From Octopus vulgaris (Eukaryota): DNA of 64,000 bases. Where the stretch lies: NCBI GenBank assembly GCA_951406725.2, contig OX597822.1, positions 64,914,001-64,978,000 on the forward strand, given 5' to 3'. The position numbers and the translations under genes are program-made. This document shows positions 43,682-57,240 of this stretch, one piece after another (positions within the stretch are counted from its first letter, which is position 1; each line of letters starts with the position of its first letter). Below the pieces are notes generated by a model. It worked only from the letters and a program-made list of their open reading frames with translations. It searched no databases and was not told where the DNA came from.

Positions 43682-44087
43682 ATTCTTTTACTTGTTTTAG
43701 TCATTTGATTGCGGCTAAGCTGGAGCACCGCCCTTAGTAGAACAAATCGACCCCAGGGCTTATTCTTTGTAAGCCTAGTACTTATTCTGTCGAACCCTTT
43801 GGCCAAACTGCGAAGTTACGGGGACGCAAACACACCAACATGGGTTGTCAGGCGATGGTGGGAAGACAAAACACAGACACACAATCATACACACACACAC
43901 ACACACACAGACACACGCACATATACGACGGGCTTCTTTCAGTTTTCGTCTATCAAATCAACTCACAAGGCTGTGGTCGGCCCGAAGCTATAGTAGAAGA
44001 CATTTGCCCAAGGTACCGCGTGCTGGGACTGAATCCGGAACCATGTGGTTGGTAAGCAAGCTACTTACCACACAGCCACGCCTGCGT
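43682..44087 (-). mobile_element. SINE family A
   Basis: Matches family A; inverted relative to the adjacent upstream copy. Confidence 0.85.
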
Positions 44088-44272
44088 CTCCACACAGCCA
44101 CACCTTTAAAAAGAAGAAACATTTTGTGCAACTCAACCTGAGTGAAAATCTATCGGCGAAGTTGACTTAGTGCTTCTTACGGCTTTGGATATTCTTGGAA
44201 AATCAAAAAAGCGGGGGACATAAGTCCCGCACCAAAACATATGACATTTTATATATCTTACATTATTATTAA

Positions 44273-44693
44273 GGCGGTGAGCTGGTAGAATCGTTTGCAT
44301 GCCGGATGAAATGCCCGGCAGCATTTCGTATGTCTTTACATACTGAGTTCAAATGCCGCCGTGGTCCACTTTGCTTTTCATCCTTTCGAGGTTGATAAAA
44401 TAACTACCAGTTGTGTACTGGGTCGATGTAATCCACTTGACCCCCACCCTGCCAAATTTCAGGGCTTGTGCCAATAGTAGAATGGATTATTAAGACGGCG
44501 AGCTGGCAGAATTGTTAGCACGTCGGGCAGAATACCTAATGGAATTTAGTCCGACTATACGTTCTGAGTTCAAATGCCGCAGAGGTCAACTTTGCCTTTC
44601 ATCCTTTCGGGGTCGATAAATTAAGTACTGGGACCGATGTGATCGACTTAACCCACACCCCAAATTTCAGGCCTTGTGCCTATAGTAGAAAGA

Positions 44694-44697
<4 letters not shown>
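44273..44697 (+). mobile_element. Two tandem SINE family B copies (type-2 tail ending in (TTA)n)
   Basis: GGCGGTGAGCTGGTAGAATCG... and GACGGCGAGCTGGCAGAATTG..., each ending GCCT/AATAGTAGAA. Confidence 0.85.
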
Positions 44698-44726
<29 letters not shown>

Positions 44727-45259
44727 GAGTGAGAGAGCAGTTCATGCCATCAAAGTGACACTGGGGTAAAATATACGAAGCCCAATATACCCATCATGAC
44801 TACCCGTCTGATAAAGGTACACCAGGCACATGCATCACAACCATATGTGCGCGACATGGTGATCTCATATCAAGATAAACAGCACATGACCTTGCAGGTG
44901 GGGCCCAATTAGAATTTTCTTCAGGTTGAGTAGCCCATCCCACTCAAAAGGTCCCTGAATAAGGGTTGTTTAAGGATGTTGAAAGAACCACCCATGTTTC
45001 CAGAGGTGAATTATTCAAACCCCAAAGAATCCCTCTCAACACATGGCTATGATGCTCCCCCACTACTTCTGCTCATGATCAGAGATGCACATATCGTCAG
45101 CCACTAAGGGACATGCTCAACTGGTTAAAGTCAAACAACTGACAAGCAAATCTGTGGTATTGAGCAGAATATTTGCTGTAGCCCATCTTTTATACCAAGA
45201 CAAAACAATGTACATGATAACACTTCCAATCAGTTAAGATCAGAAGCCATGAGAGCCAC

Positions 45260-45261
<2 letters not shown>
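44727..45261 (-). mobile_element. Element C, flanked by (TTA)n on both sides
   Basis: Reverse complement of 39650-40203. Confidence 0.88.
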
Positions 45262-45302
<41 letters not shown>

Positions 45303-45818
45303 GAGTGAGAGAGCAGTGCATGCCATCAAAGTGACACAGGTGTAAAGTATATGAACTGCAGTATACCCATCATGACTACCCGTCTGATAAGGTTACACTA
45401 GGCACATGCATCAAGATAAATAGGGCATCATTTTCCAGGAGGAGCCCAGTTGTAATTTTCTTCAGGTCGGGTAGCCCATCCCTCACAAAAGGTCCCAGAA
45501 TAATGGTTGTTTAAGTATGTTGAATGAAACACCTGTTTCCAAAGGCGAATTATCCAAACCCCAAAGAATTCTTCTCAATACATGTCTCTGATCCTCCCCC
45601 ACAACTTCTCGTGATCAGAGGTGCACATATCGTCAGCCACTAAGGGATATAGTCAACTGGTTAAGGTCAAACAACTGACAAGCAAAATCTGTGGTATTAT
45701 GCAGAATATTTGTTGCAGCCCATCTTTTATACCAATACAAAACAATGTACATGATAACACTTCCAACCAATTAAGATCAGAAGAATGAAAACCAGTGCTT
45801 AGTACTGCATCAGGGCAT
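45303..45818 (-). mobile_element. Element C, older tandem copy
   Basis: More diverged reverse complement of 39650-40203. Confidence 0.85.
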
Positions 45819-46010
45819 TTATTTTGTTCATCATGTACAAGTACGCGTGTATTCATCATTATTTTATTTATCTTATTCAATTAAAAGAAAAATTGAATGT
45901 CACGCACAAAATAAATTCATTTCCGGAACGTATTGAATTTATTTTGTGCGTGACTTTTGGCCCACCCTGTGCTTCGCTTTGGAAGAAGACAAAAACATCC
46001 TACGTCCTCC

Positions 46011-46205
46011 ACTTACTCTTGCTTCACGAGGTGTTCAATTCCTATTGATATTTGCAACAAATACGCATAGAAGTTGTACTGTCTCTGTTTCGGCTATATT
46101 TCTCCTTTCCCGCACTGTAGCTCGTCTCTTTCGCTCCACCTCTGCGGTACTAGGTCCACGAGGAGGCTGTTCGTTTTCCGAATGACTGTTGTTGGTGTAC
46201 TCGTT
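46011..46205 (-). pseudogene. Possible degenerate bHLH-domain remnant
   Basis: Frame reads ...STAEVERKRRATVRERRNIAETETVQLLCVFVANINRN*TPREAR followed by GTAAGT; in-frame stop at 46037-46035. Confidence 0.3.
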
Positions 46206-47107
46206 TTACATTTTATACACCACTTGTGGAACTTGCACTTCAGTTTTCCATTCCGAACCTTTTCAAATCTTCTCCGATTTTTACTACAACTCTGTTGTTA
46301 TGAAGTGATAGTGTGGTACCGTCGGTTATATGAGAGCAGGACACCAGTAGCCGTCTTCTTCACTTTTGGCTTCACTCGGAGCTTCAAGCGGTAAAGCGAT
46401 CGAGGGTGCAACCAGAAGAGTAATCTCTGGGATTTGCTATTATTGTTGATGTCATCGATCACTCACTTCTCACTTATCCCATTTCCTCACTCTCACTGTT
46501 GCTTATAGTTGGTGAATGTAGTCATTGGTTGCTAGTATCCAAGACTTGATACGGTATGAGATTTTCTACAACCACTGACCAATGGCCAATAGTCCTTTGA
46601 AAACTACGCATTCATACTCTCCCCGTCTTGTCATCTTCGCCTCAGTTTTTCTGGATGAAAAAAGGTCTTATGACCGGTATCAGTTTCATGCCCTTAGTTT
46701 CTGGGCAAAGCTACGGTTTTTCCCGTAGTTGTCATGATCCACATGTCTGCCTCTGTAACTTCGGCACTAATCTCATGCCAGTACTTCGACACGGAAATGA
46801 AATCGAAACAGTGTCAGTGTTATGGTCAATGCCTCTGCCAATGACATTAATATTTATTTGACCCGAAATATTAGAGTACAAAAGAAAGGGTGAATGTGTG
46901 CATTTCAATACCAGCTCGTCATCCATCTCGCTGATCTCTACATTTAAAAACGTGATAAAGTGTCCAGCTGCCTTTCGCTCGTTGGATGGCGAGTATTTCC
47001 TTCCATATTTTATATAATGTCCAATCTATCGCCTGTTTTGGTACCAATTTGAAAGCCCTGTCTGTTTAAGTGTATGCAATAGGTAACTCTAGGAGTAAAT
47101 AAAGACT

Positions 47108-47340
47108 ACGGAGTAGATGAAACAGGGACGACTGATGAAGGGGAATATTCTTTATGTTGCATGTCTCGTTTCGCTGAAAAAGTTCGCTTTCTATGTTTTT
47201 GTTTTTATGTTTTCGTTTCTTATTGTATTCAACGTTTTTGATGTCCCGTACTCATCTATGCATGTATATATACATATACATGTAGGTGTATACATATATG
47301 TATGTATATATGCATATATTTATATATTATTTATATTATG
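47108..47340 (+). repeat. TA-associated dispersed repeat (paralog of 48466-48700)
   Basis: Shared CTGATGAAGGG, AAAAAGTTCG, ACGTTTT..G.CC.GT.C.CAT.TATGCATG. Confidence 0.7.
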
Positions 47341-47358
47341 TATATATATACACACTTA

Positions 47359-48060
47359 TACAGTGTGATTGAAAAGTAACTCTCTATTTTAAAATACCTA
47401 TAAATTATTTATTTATTGTAATCTTAACAAACAAATGGATATGAGAGGAATGTTTTTAGTATGCAGTTTTACTTAAAATTCGTTACGGGCTTCAGCTTCT
47501 TTGAGTCACCTAGGAATTACGTCAAAGGATTTCCCCAGGAATTCTTGAGGGATGGAAAACATAACTTCTCGTATTCGCAACTTTAAGTTCTTCCAATGTC
47601 TTTAGTTTGGTACCGTAGACTTACTTGTTCCTTTAACCAACTCCAAATAGGGCAATTACAGTGTATTAAGTCGAGACTCCTGGCTGGCCACTCATGTGGA
47701 CCACGACGAGCCATACATCTCCCGAGGAAATGGACATTCAACCATTTCCTCGGGAGCAAAATATGGAGTGGTTCTATCTTGCATGAAAATCAAATCTTCA
47801 GTTTTCTTCCAAGCACTGATAACTGGTCAAATATCATCTTGCAGCCTAGTGAGGTACCATAGGGAGTTACTTTTCAATTACCCTGTCTATATATAAAATT
47901 CAATGATGGTGACAAAAGAAAATGACTAGCGTATCTTTAATAACCGATAACTATTGTTTCGCACCATTCTGTTTATAATGCAATTGCGTACAAGATTTAT
48001 GTAATATTTGCTGTTTTACTCAATAGTGCAACGCTTCATCAGACTTGCACCAAACGGTAC
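47359..48060 (-). mobile_element. Decayed Tc1/mariner-superfamily transposon
   Basis: Minus-strand remnants KSDEA, FMQDRTTPYFA, RKWLNVHFLGRCMARRGPHEWPARSLDL, IWSWLKEQV, KTLEELK, RIREV; TA-CAGTGTG terminus at 47359. Confidence 0.8.
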
Positions 48061-48223
48061 GTTTTACATTGTACATCTGACAGTTCTATTTGATTTGTAT
48101 CGAGTGGAAACAGCAGTAGAATTTCGATCTTTGAAAGTCCAATCCAAGAGTGTTTATAGCGTCAAATTCGGGTTGAGTGCTATATTGGATATGCTCCGAT
48201 TTTCTACCCTTTCATGACCATAA

Positions 48224-48317
<94 letters not shown>

Positions 48318-48370
48318 GCTAGCTAGCTATCTAGCTAGCTAGCTGTCTGTCTTTCTGTCTGTCTGTCTGC

Positions 48371-48464
<94 letters not shown>

Positions 48465-48465
48465 G

Positions 48466-48695
48466 CGGTGTAGAAAAACAGCCGACTACTGATGAAGGGT
48501 CGTTTTTTTTATATTGCTCTCTTGTTTTCCATTTGTTTCTTTCGTTGTTCGCAAAAAAGTTCGTATTCCATGTTTTAGTATTCATGTTGTTTACGTTTTG
48601 TGACGTCCTGTGCCCATATATGCATGTGTATATACATGTATATGTAAGTGTGTACATATACGTATGTATATATGCATATATATATATATTATTTA

Positions 48696-48700
<5 letters not shown>
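48466..48700 (+). repeat. TA-associated dispersed repeat (paralog of 47108-47340)
   Basis: Flanked by (TA)n on both sides. Confidence 0.7.
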
Positions 48701-48735
<35 letters not shown>

Positions 48736-49275
48736 AGGTCGTTGACAGAGGAGAACAAAACTGAAGGAATTATAGAGAAAAGAAACTAGAATGAAATGTT
48801 GAAAGAGATCAGAGATCAAAATATAAAAAGAAACAAAAAGTACACATATCCATCCATGACACACACACATGCTATATCCCCCCCACTAACCCCACCCATA
48901 CAGACACACATAGACACACACAAACATATACGCACGCGCGCACTCCAATACACACAAACACGCGCGAAAATATCTCGATAATGGCCGGTTGTCATTGAAG
49001 AAAAGGGGCTATGAATTAGGGAGAACGAGACTGTGGCTTTTGTTTGTTAGAGACACGTTCTCGTTAATAAAAGTAAGGATTAGGGGTTTAATATGTGGTG
49101 ACAACAGCAAGCCAATATTAGTTGACACGGTGGGGGCGGGGGGAGGAATGACAAAGGTTCATTGTTGGCAAGAAGTAGTCTTGTCTTTTTGTGCGAAACG
49201 TCTCCAGATCTATCCAGAAAACAACACTTCGCTTATACATACATACATTCATACGTACATACATACATACATACA

Positions 49276-49307
<32 letters not shown>

Positions 49308-49483
49308 GATACATACATACATTCATACTTACATATATAAATATAAATATATATGTATATATATATATATATACCCCGTACTTCTTTCCCAGGTTTATAT
49401 TTTTAATATTTGTATTTTACTTTGTAACCCTTCTCACTTTTCCTCTCCTTCTTTCTCTCTCCCTGTCTATCTATTGATCTCTC

Positions 49484-49567
<84 letters not shown>

Positions 49568-49707
49568 ATCTCTTACTATCTGTATCATATATATTTAGAC
49601 ATTCTCTGTGTCACACAGAATCTCTCTCTCTCTCTCTCTCTTTCTCACTTTCACCTCACTCTCTCTCGCTCTCTATACGTTCGTACACTCTCACTAGAAT
49701 ACAGATA

Positions 49708-49762
<55 letters not shown>

Positions 49763-49976
49763 GCACAACATTACATACATACGCATAACCACCACATTCC
49801 ACTTTCCTCTCTTATCCTGAATTTCATCACTACACTGTTTATCCCTCGTAAATTTACTTTTACTTTTTGTCCTAATTTTGTTCCCATGCTTCTCCTTTCG
49901 TTCTTTCTTTCTTTTTTCTTTCTATCATTCTTTCTTTCTTTCTTTCATTCCTTCTTTCTTTCTTTCATTCTTTCGA

Positions 49977-50047
<71 letters not shown>

Positions 50048-51340
50048 TCGTTGCTTGTTTCTTTCTCCCTTCCTTTCTTTCTTTCTTTCTTTCGTTGCTT
50101 GTTTCTTTCTCCCTTCCTTTCTTTCATTCTCTCTCTCTTTTTCTTTTTCTCTCTTTCTGTCTTTCTTTCTCTCTCTTCCTCTTTCTTTTCTTTCTCTCTT
50201 TGTTTCTCTGTTTTTCTCTCTCTCTGTTTCTCTCTCTCTCTTTCTTTCTTTCTTTCTCTCTTTTTTTCTTCTTTTCGATGCTACGCTCTCGTTTCCTTCT
50301 CTAACTTCTTTCTTCCGTATCCTTCTCTCTAACTCACCTTATCCTACTCATTAACTTCAATCAATCCCAGTCTTTATTTTACTCATCTCTTTATGCTTCT
50401 TTCTATTTCGTTTTCATATGTTCTCTTGTGCTTCTTACTCTCCTCTTTTTCTTCCTTACTCTCCTCTTTTTCTTTCTTTCTCTCCTCTTTTTCTTTCTTT
50501 CTCGCTGTATAACTTACTTTATATCTGTTTCCATTTATCTTTCTCTCTTACTCCTTTTGCACCTTTTTCTCTGTCTCTCTGTCTCTCTGTTTCCATGTCT
50601 GTTTGTCTGTCTGTCTGTCTCTCTCCCTCTTTTCTCACTGGCTCTCTAATATTAGCGTTCCATTCTCTTTTAAATTCCCACCCTCACTACCCGCATTTTC
50701 TGCTTTATTCTGTCTGGCCCTCCTAATGTACCAATTTCACACTATTTTCCTTTCCCAAAATTTATTCCCAAAATCTCTTGAGGTAGCCCTCGCTAGATAA
50801 TTCCCTTGTGTTTTGTATATCATAACCAAACACGTCATCCATCAATCAAAAAGCGCTACACAAAGATGGACCTACTCATGGTCAAATGCATTTGAAATTC
50901 GGTTCTGAAACAGGTTCGATTTCACTTGATGCCATACTGAGCAAATAATTTGTATCAGCGCCTCTTGTCAACAAAACCTTCGTGGGTAAATCTGGGTTGA
51001 CATAAGATGCTTGGAATTCCAAAATGTGGACTGTAACAGCAATAAGGCGTGCGACCTTTCCGTGCTGGATGGCACTGAATCAATCTAAGAATTACTTATG
51101 TACACACGTGCGTGCAGAATAGTCAGTCCATTTGGCAATCAAAAGATTCTAGCATTTATGTATGGTACTTAATCTATTGATGCTTTTGCAGAACCGTTGG
51201 GATATGGGGATGTAAACAAACCAATATCGGTTATTAAGTGGTGTTGGGTGAGAAAGCGGGATAAAAAATATGCATAGACGCACACAAGCACATATACGAC
51301 AAGCTTCTACACATTTTCGATGTATCAAAATCATTCACAG

Positions 51341-51548
51341 GGCGCAGGCGTGGCTGTGTGGTAAGAAGCTTACTTCCCAATCACATAGTCCCGGGTTAGT
51401 CCCACTGCGTGGCACCTTCGGCAAGTATTTTCTACTATAACCTCGGGCCAACCAAAGCCTTGTGAGTAGATTTAATAGACTGAAACTGAAATAAGCTCGT
51501 CGTATATATCTATATCTATATATATATATATATATATATATCTCTCTC

Positions 51549-51592
<44 letters not shown>

Positions 51593-51797
51593 TGTGTGTC
51601 TGTGTTTGTCCCTCCCCCATCACTTGACAACCGATGTTGGTGTGTTCACGTCCCCGTAACTTAGCGGTTCAGCAACAGGGTACGATAGAATAAGTACTAG
51701 GCTAACAAATAATAAGTTCTGGGGTCGATTCATTCGACTAAAGGCGGTGCTCCAGCACGGCCGCAGTCAAATGACTGAAACCAGTAAAAGATAAAAG
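51341..51797 (+). mobile_element. SINE family A nested in an older inverted family A copy (51150-51930)
   Basis: Full head and tail; flanks are the two halves of a decayed minus-strand copy. Confidence 0.8.
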
Positions 51798-52707
51798 GCG
51801 TACGTCAGTCTGGGTCTAAAGTAGAAGATTTTTGCTCCAGATGCCACGTGATTGCATAGCATATTCTTTAACCCGGTACCACGTGATTGCATAGCATATT
51901 CCTTAACCACCCAACCATACCTACACCTGTGGAATTTTCAGCCAAACATACGCTAATTAATTGAACAGTTAGTTCTGTTGGTTGAATAACTGATGCGTTT
52001 TCTTCGAAACTGACGGAGACCCATGTAGCTTAGACGGTCAAAGAACTGTACGCTAATGCGATCATTATTATGATCACTCCAGTCAGCCATTCTGTCAAGC
52101 GTCTAATTAGCCAGTACTGACCGACAGACTGACCAACAAGCCGACTGACCAACAGACCAACACAAACAAACAAACAAACAAACAAACCATCCAACAAATC
52201 ATTCAAATAAGCAAGAAATTGCTTACAAACAACCGAACATGCAATGCTTGCGAGCGAACAACAAACCGGCCAACCGACCAACCCGCCAACCAACAAACCA
52301 ACCAACTGACATACCGATTGACCAACCGACCGACCGACCAACCAACCAGGCAGGCAAGCAGGCCACACAGTAAGTACTTCACCGATGGAAAACGTTAAAG
52401 CAAAAAGCCGCAAGAAGAAGCGACTAGAATGTATCTAATATGGCGGCACTACTTGGAAAAGAAGCAATTATCTGCTGTCAACACCTTAATAGTTTCCATC
52501 ATGATATTCGTCGCTATTTTAATTCTCAACCTTTTAAGCACGGCAAACATAATTTGCTGCACTTTCTAATTAAGACGGGTTAGAAAACGGCACTGATTTA
52601 TGGAATTAGTTATTAGATGAAGACCACAAGACTCATTTATCATAGATCGATGCCAAAATATTTCAAACAAACAATTATATATACACACTCACCCTCACAT
52701 ATATCTA

Positions 52708-52785
<78 letters not shown>

Positions 52786-52864
52786 CAAATACTTATGTAT
52801 ATATATATATATATATAATATATAATATATATATATACATATATATATATACATATATACATAC

Positions 52865-52929
<65 letters not shown>

Positions 52930-53161
52930 TATATATAGATATATAGATAGATAGCTATAGATATATGTGAGGGGTGTGTTTGTGTATCCACACGGACATT
53001 GCGCACATGCACCCTTACACACACACACGCAAACTCACACACACACACACACACACACGTATAATATATACGTCTATATAAATCCCAAACCACTTACTTA
53101 CATGCCTACCTTTCACGATATCTTTCCAAATACATATTTTACGTTAATAGACATGGAGGAA

Positions 53162-53299
<138 letters not shown>

Positions 53300-53621
53300 G
53301 CTACTACTGCAGCAGTAGCAACACCAGTCGTAGTAGTTCGTTATCCTAAACAGTATGAAAGTCAGTCTCCTAAATCAAATGCCATAAATAAGTTTAGCCA
53401 TAACCTTGTTTTGTGCAGTGATCGATTTCTTCAAATCAAGTTGCTAGACAGACACCATAGAGTAAGGACTTTGTTATGTAGAGGCTTGCAGTCTTCTTTG
53501 ATTAACAGTTCTCTTATTCACTCACAATGGTATTAAAACCATTTATGTATTGATAGAATATTCAAGTCACACACACAAACACATACACACACACACACGC
53601 ACCTGCACCCTTCACACAGAC

Positions 53622-53661
<40 letters not shown>

Positions 53662-53890
53662 GTATATATGTATGCTCACGATCGCATATACCGCGTCTGT
53701 CTGTTTGTCTGTCTATCTATCTATCTGCCTGCCTGCCTGCCTGCATGCCTGTCTGTCTGTCCCTCTGTCCATCCGTCCGTCTGTCTGTCTATGTATGCAT
53801 GTATGTATGTATGTATGTATGTATGTATGTATGTATGTATGTATGTATGTATGTATATATATATATAAATATATATATATATCTACCTAC

Positions 53891-53954
<64 letters not shown>

Positions 53955-54500
53955 ACATTTCTATACATGCATACATACATATGTGTGTGTATGTCTGTAT
54001 GCATATATGTATACATAAAGATGCTTAAAAATATATATGCATAGTATATGTGTGTGTATGTGTGTGTGTGTGTGTGTTATACGTTATATGCATTGCAAAA
54101 ATTCTACCATAGGTCTGCTTACATGTTACGGTGTTCTCTGAATAATAAATATTTTAAAGGTCTATTGACTCTTGAAGCATGGTTATTCGTGTTGTTTATG
54201 CATTTCAGTTACATATGTCTACACCCACCTAAAGGTGTATATAAATAAGAAGGTACATGTTCAAAGGGCTTTTTTGTCGATCACAATCCGCCTGAGACGA
54301 CCATGAAAATTTCATTTTGTTTTTTTCTTCTGCATCTTGCTTCTTTCTCGAAAACTTTTACTAACTATTCTAATACCTTCATTATGCTGCCTCATCAAAT
54401 GCGATGAATGCAGGTATATTTGAGTGTGGCTGCCACTCATGAATAGGCAACGATTGTCTGTAATGCGACAGTTTTTTTTTTTCGTTTTTTTTTTCTGCCT

Positions 54501-54985
54501 TTAACCCTCCAACGCGGAGTATAGTCCACTTATAATTGAATTCCATGTCGCATAATTTTTCGCTTCTGTACTTATACTCTGCCATGAATGTCCCCCTTTC
54601 TCTAGATCCTTTTGTGTTGATCTACGCCACGAGATCTTAGGCCTTCCTCTCCTTCTATATCCATCCAGATTCCACTCTAAAGCACTTTTCGCTACATTTG
54701 GTGTGTCTTTTGTAATTGTGCTACCAATCCACTTCCACTTTTTCTTAAATATTTGCTCCGTAATCGAAACTTGAATTGTTCTTTGCCATAGCTCCATATT
54801 GCTTATGTGTTCGGGCCATCTAATTTTAAGTATACTACACAAGCATCTGTTGATGAATGATTGTATTTGCTTATTTGACTTAACTGTTGTTCGCCATGGC
54901 TCAGTCCCATACAATAATACCGCTTTTACGTTAGTGTTAAAAATTCTTATTTTGTTCTTTATTGAAATTACACTTGCGCTACAAT
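54501..54985 (-). mobile_element. RTE-clade LINE 3' fragment (region C-terminal to the RT)
   Basis: KIRIFNTNVKAVLLYGTEPWR...FINRCLCSILKIRWPEHISNMELWQRT...KWKWIG...ALEWNLDGYRRRGRPKISWRR. Confidence 0.88.
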
Positions 54986-55626
54986 GGTGTATATTAATGA
55001 CTTGTAGGCACACGGTATTTCGTTATGCAAACTTAATATACTATATATAGTATATTAAACATTTTTATAAGTCAATACTGTGTCCTACTGTGTTAGCAGT
55101 GCGATTCACATCACTTGTTAGGGTCATCTCTACAGATCTTCTTCGGAAATTATAGCCAGCAGTGACTTTCGTATCCGAGACCAGGCTTATATTCTCGTAT
55201 CCCTGGCATCTCCGGTACACATCTCTCTACCGCTCTGTATCTTAGTTAAGTCTCTACCTCCCGGTTTTGCATAATCACTAAGCATAGCTCTTCCACCCGT
55301 GAACTGCCGCCATCTTTAATGTTCTCCCTGATGATGACTTTCTGTAGTTGCTAATCTACTACACTCTCTTTACTCTTTTATTCTTTTACTTGTTTCAGTC
55401 ATTTGACTGCGGCCATGCTGGAGCACCGCCTTTAGTCGAGCAAATCGACCCCAAGACTTTTTCTTTGTAAGCCTAGCACTTATTCTATCGGTCTCCTTTT
55501 GCCGAACAACTAAGCTACGGGGACGTAAACACACTAGCATCGGTTGTCAAGCGATGTTGGGATGACAAACACATACATACATACATACATACATACATGC
55601 ATACACACATATATATATATATATAT

Positions 55627-55825
55627 GGGGAAAGTTTACGAAAAAAACAAAGGACGAAGACAGGTGGTGTACAAAACAAACAGATGTATTAGTATAACGC
55701 TCAGGAATAGAAAAAGTATTTTACGTTTCGAGCCTACGCTCTTCTACAGAAAGGTACACAGAAAAAACAAGGAGAGAAACAAGGAGAGAAAAAATGTGTG
55801 TAGTGGCTAACGATCTATCATGGCG
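55627..55825 (-). mobile_element. ~200-bp TA-inserted element with variant hammerhead (family H)
   Basis: Reverse-complement paralog of 59071-59238; (TA)n on both sides. Confidence 0.75.
55718..55753 (-). ncRNA. Minimal hammerhead-like motif, CUGUAGA core
   Basis: CUUU CUGUAGA A GAGC guag GCUC GAAAC GUA AAAU. Confidence 0.6.
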
Positions 55826-55856
<31 letters not shown>

Positions 55857-56746
55857 CGGGATTCTTTTAGTTTCCGTCTACCAAATCCACTCACCAGGCT
55901 TTGGTCCGCCCGAAGCTATAGTAGAAAACACTTGCCCAAGGTGCCACGCAGTGGGACTGAACCCAGAACCATGTGGCTGGTAAGCAAGCTACTTACCACA
56001 CAGCCACTCTTGCGCCTACTGTTTTTTTTTTTTATTACAGAGCATCAACGAGTTTAGCGTGCCTGATAAAAGCTATGGTCAGTGCTCCATCTATGCGAGC
56101 AGTCTTTCTCAACTATTTTTTCACCTATGGACCCCTTTTACTTCTATTTTTACTCGAGTAAACTCTCATAGCTGTTATGTGTATTTTTTATAATTAAATA
56201 TTTTTTTAATAATTAAATATTATTAGGAATGGTAAAAATAAAACTATATTGTGTATTCTAGAAGCAGAAGTAATTTATTGCTCATAAACTTCAACAAAAA
56301 AAGTCTTATGTGGACCTCTAATGGCCATATGGATCCTAGTTGAGAAACACTGCTCTCGAGTCATCAAGTAAAGAAAAGTTATAGATTAATTAACTATAAA
56401 CTTATTTTAAAATGAAGAATATTGGAATTTTAAAAAATTTCTTCGCGTAATTTTTGAAGCTAATTATTCATCAGCAATGAAGTGTATACCAAAATCATGT
56501 GGTTAAGTCCCAGGTCAGCATGATAGAGAAGATGTAATGCCAAAGGGATACCAGTAGTGGCACAGCATATACACATATCCATACATGCATACATACATAC
56601 ATACGCACACGCATCTGCACACTCGCACGCGCACACTGCCCCCCGCCACACACATAGTTTAAGATGTACAGAAAGCAACATACAAAGGCAGGTGAAGGAA
56701 CAACAAGCACATGTACTGGTTTAATGATCGAGAAGAATGGAAAAAT

Positions 56747-56782
56747 CATTGACGTTTCGAACCTACGCTCTTCGACAGAAGG
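56747..56782 (-). ncRNA. Minimal hammerhead-like motif, CUGUCGA core
   Basis: CCUU CUGUCGA A GAGC guag GUUC GAAAC GUC AAUG. Confidence 0.55.
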
Positions 56783-56831
56783 GATTAAGAGGAAAAAAAA
56801 ACGGAGAGAGAATGAAAAAGGAAGGCAAAGT

Positions 56832-57240
56832 CGTAGGAGTGGCTGTGTGGTAAGTAGCTTGCTTACGAACCACATGGTTCCGGGTTCATTCCCACTGCGT
56901 GGCACCTTGGGCAAGTGTCTTCTACTATAGCCTTCAGACCGACCAAAGCCTTGTGAGTGGATTTGGTAGACGGAAACTGAAAGAAGCCCATCGTATATAT
57001 GTATATATATATATATGTGTGTGTGTGTTTGTGTGTCTGTGTTTGTCCTCCCAACATCGCTTGACAACCGATGGCGGTGTGTTTACGTCTCCGTAACTTA
57101 GCGGTTCGGCAAAAGAAGACCGATAGAATAAGTACTAGAATGAATAAGTCCGGGGGTCGATTTGCTCGACTAAAGGCGATGCTCCAGCATGGCCACAGTC
57201 AAAGAACTGAAACAAATAAAAGAGTAAAAGAGTAAAAAAG
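56832..57240 (+). mobile_element. SINE family A
   Basis: Matches family A. Confidence 0.88.

Larger units (their letters stand above)
55365..56016 (-). mobile_element. SINE family A with a hammerhead-bearing insert in its internal (TA)n
   Basis: Tail half 55365-55572, head half 55854-56016. Confidence 0.85.

Noticed and set aside
52594-52603. TGATTTATGG Hox/Pbx-type site in a unique island
   Set aside because: Single motif; cannot be supported without conservation data
55327-55360. CTGATGA followed by a weak hairpin
   Set aside because: No GAAA box downstream
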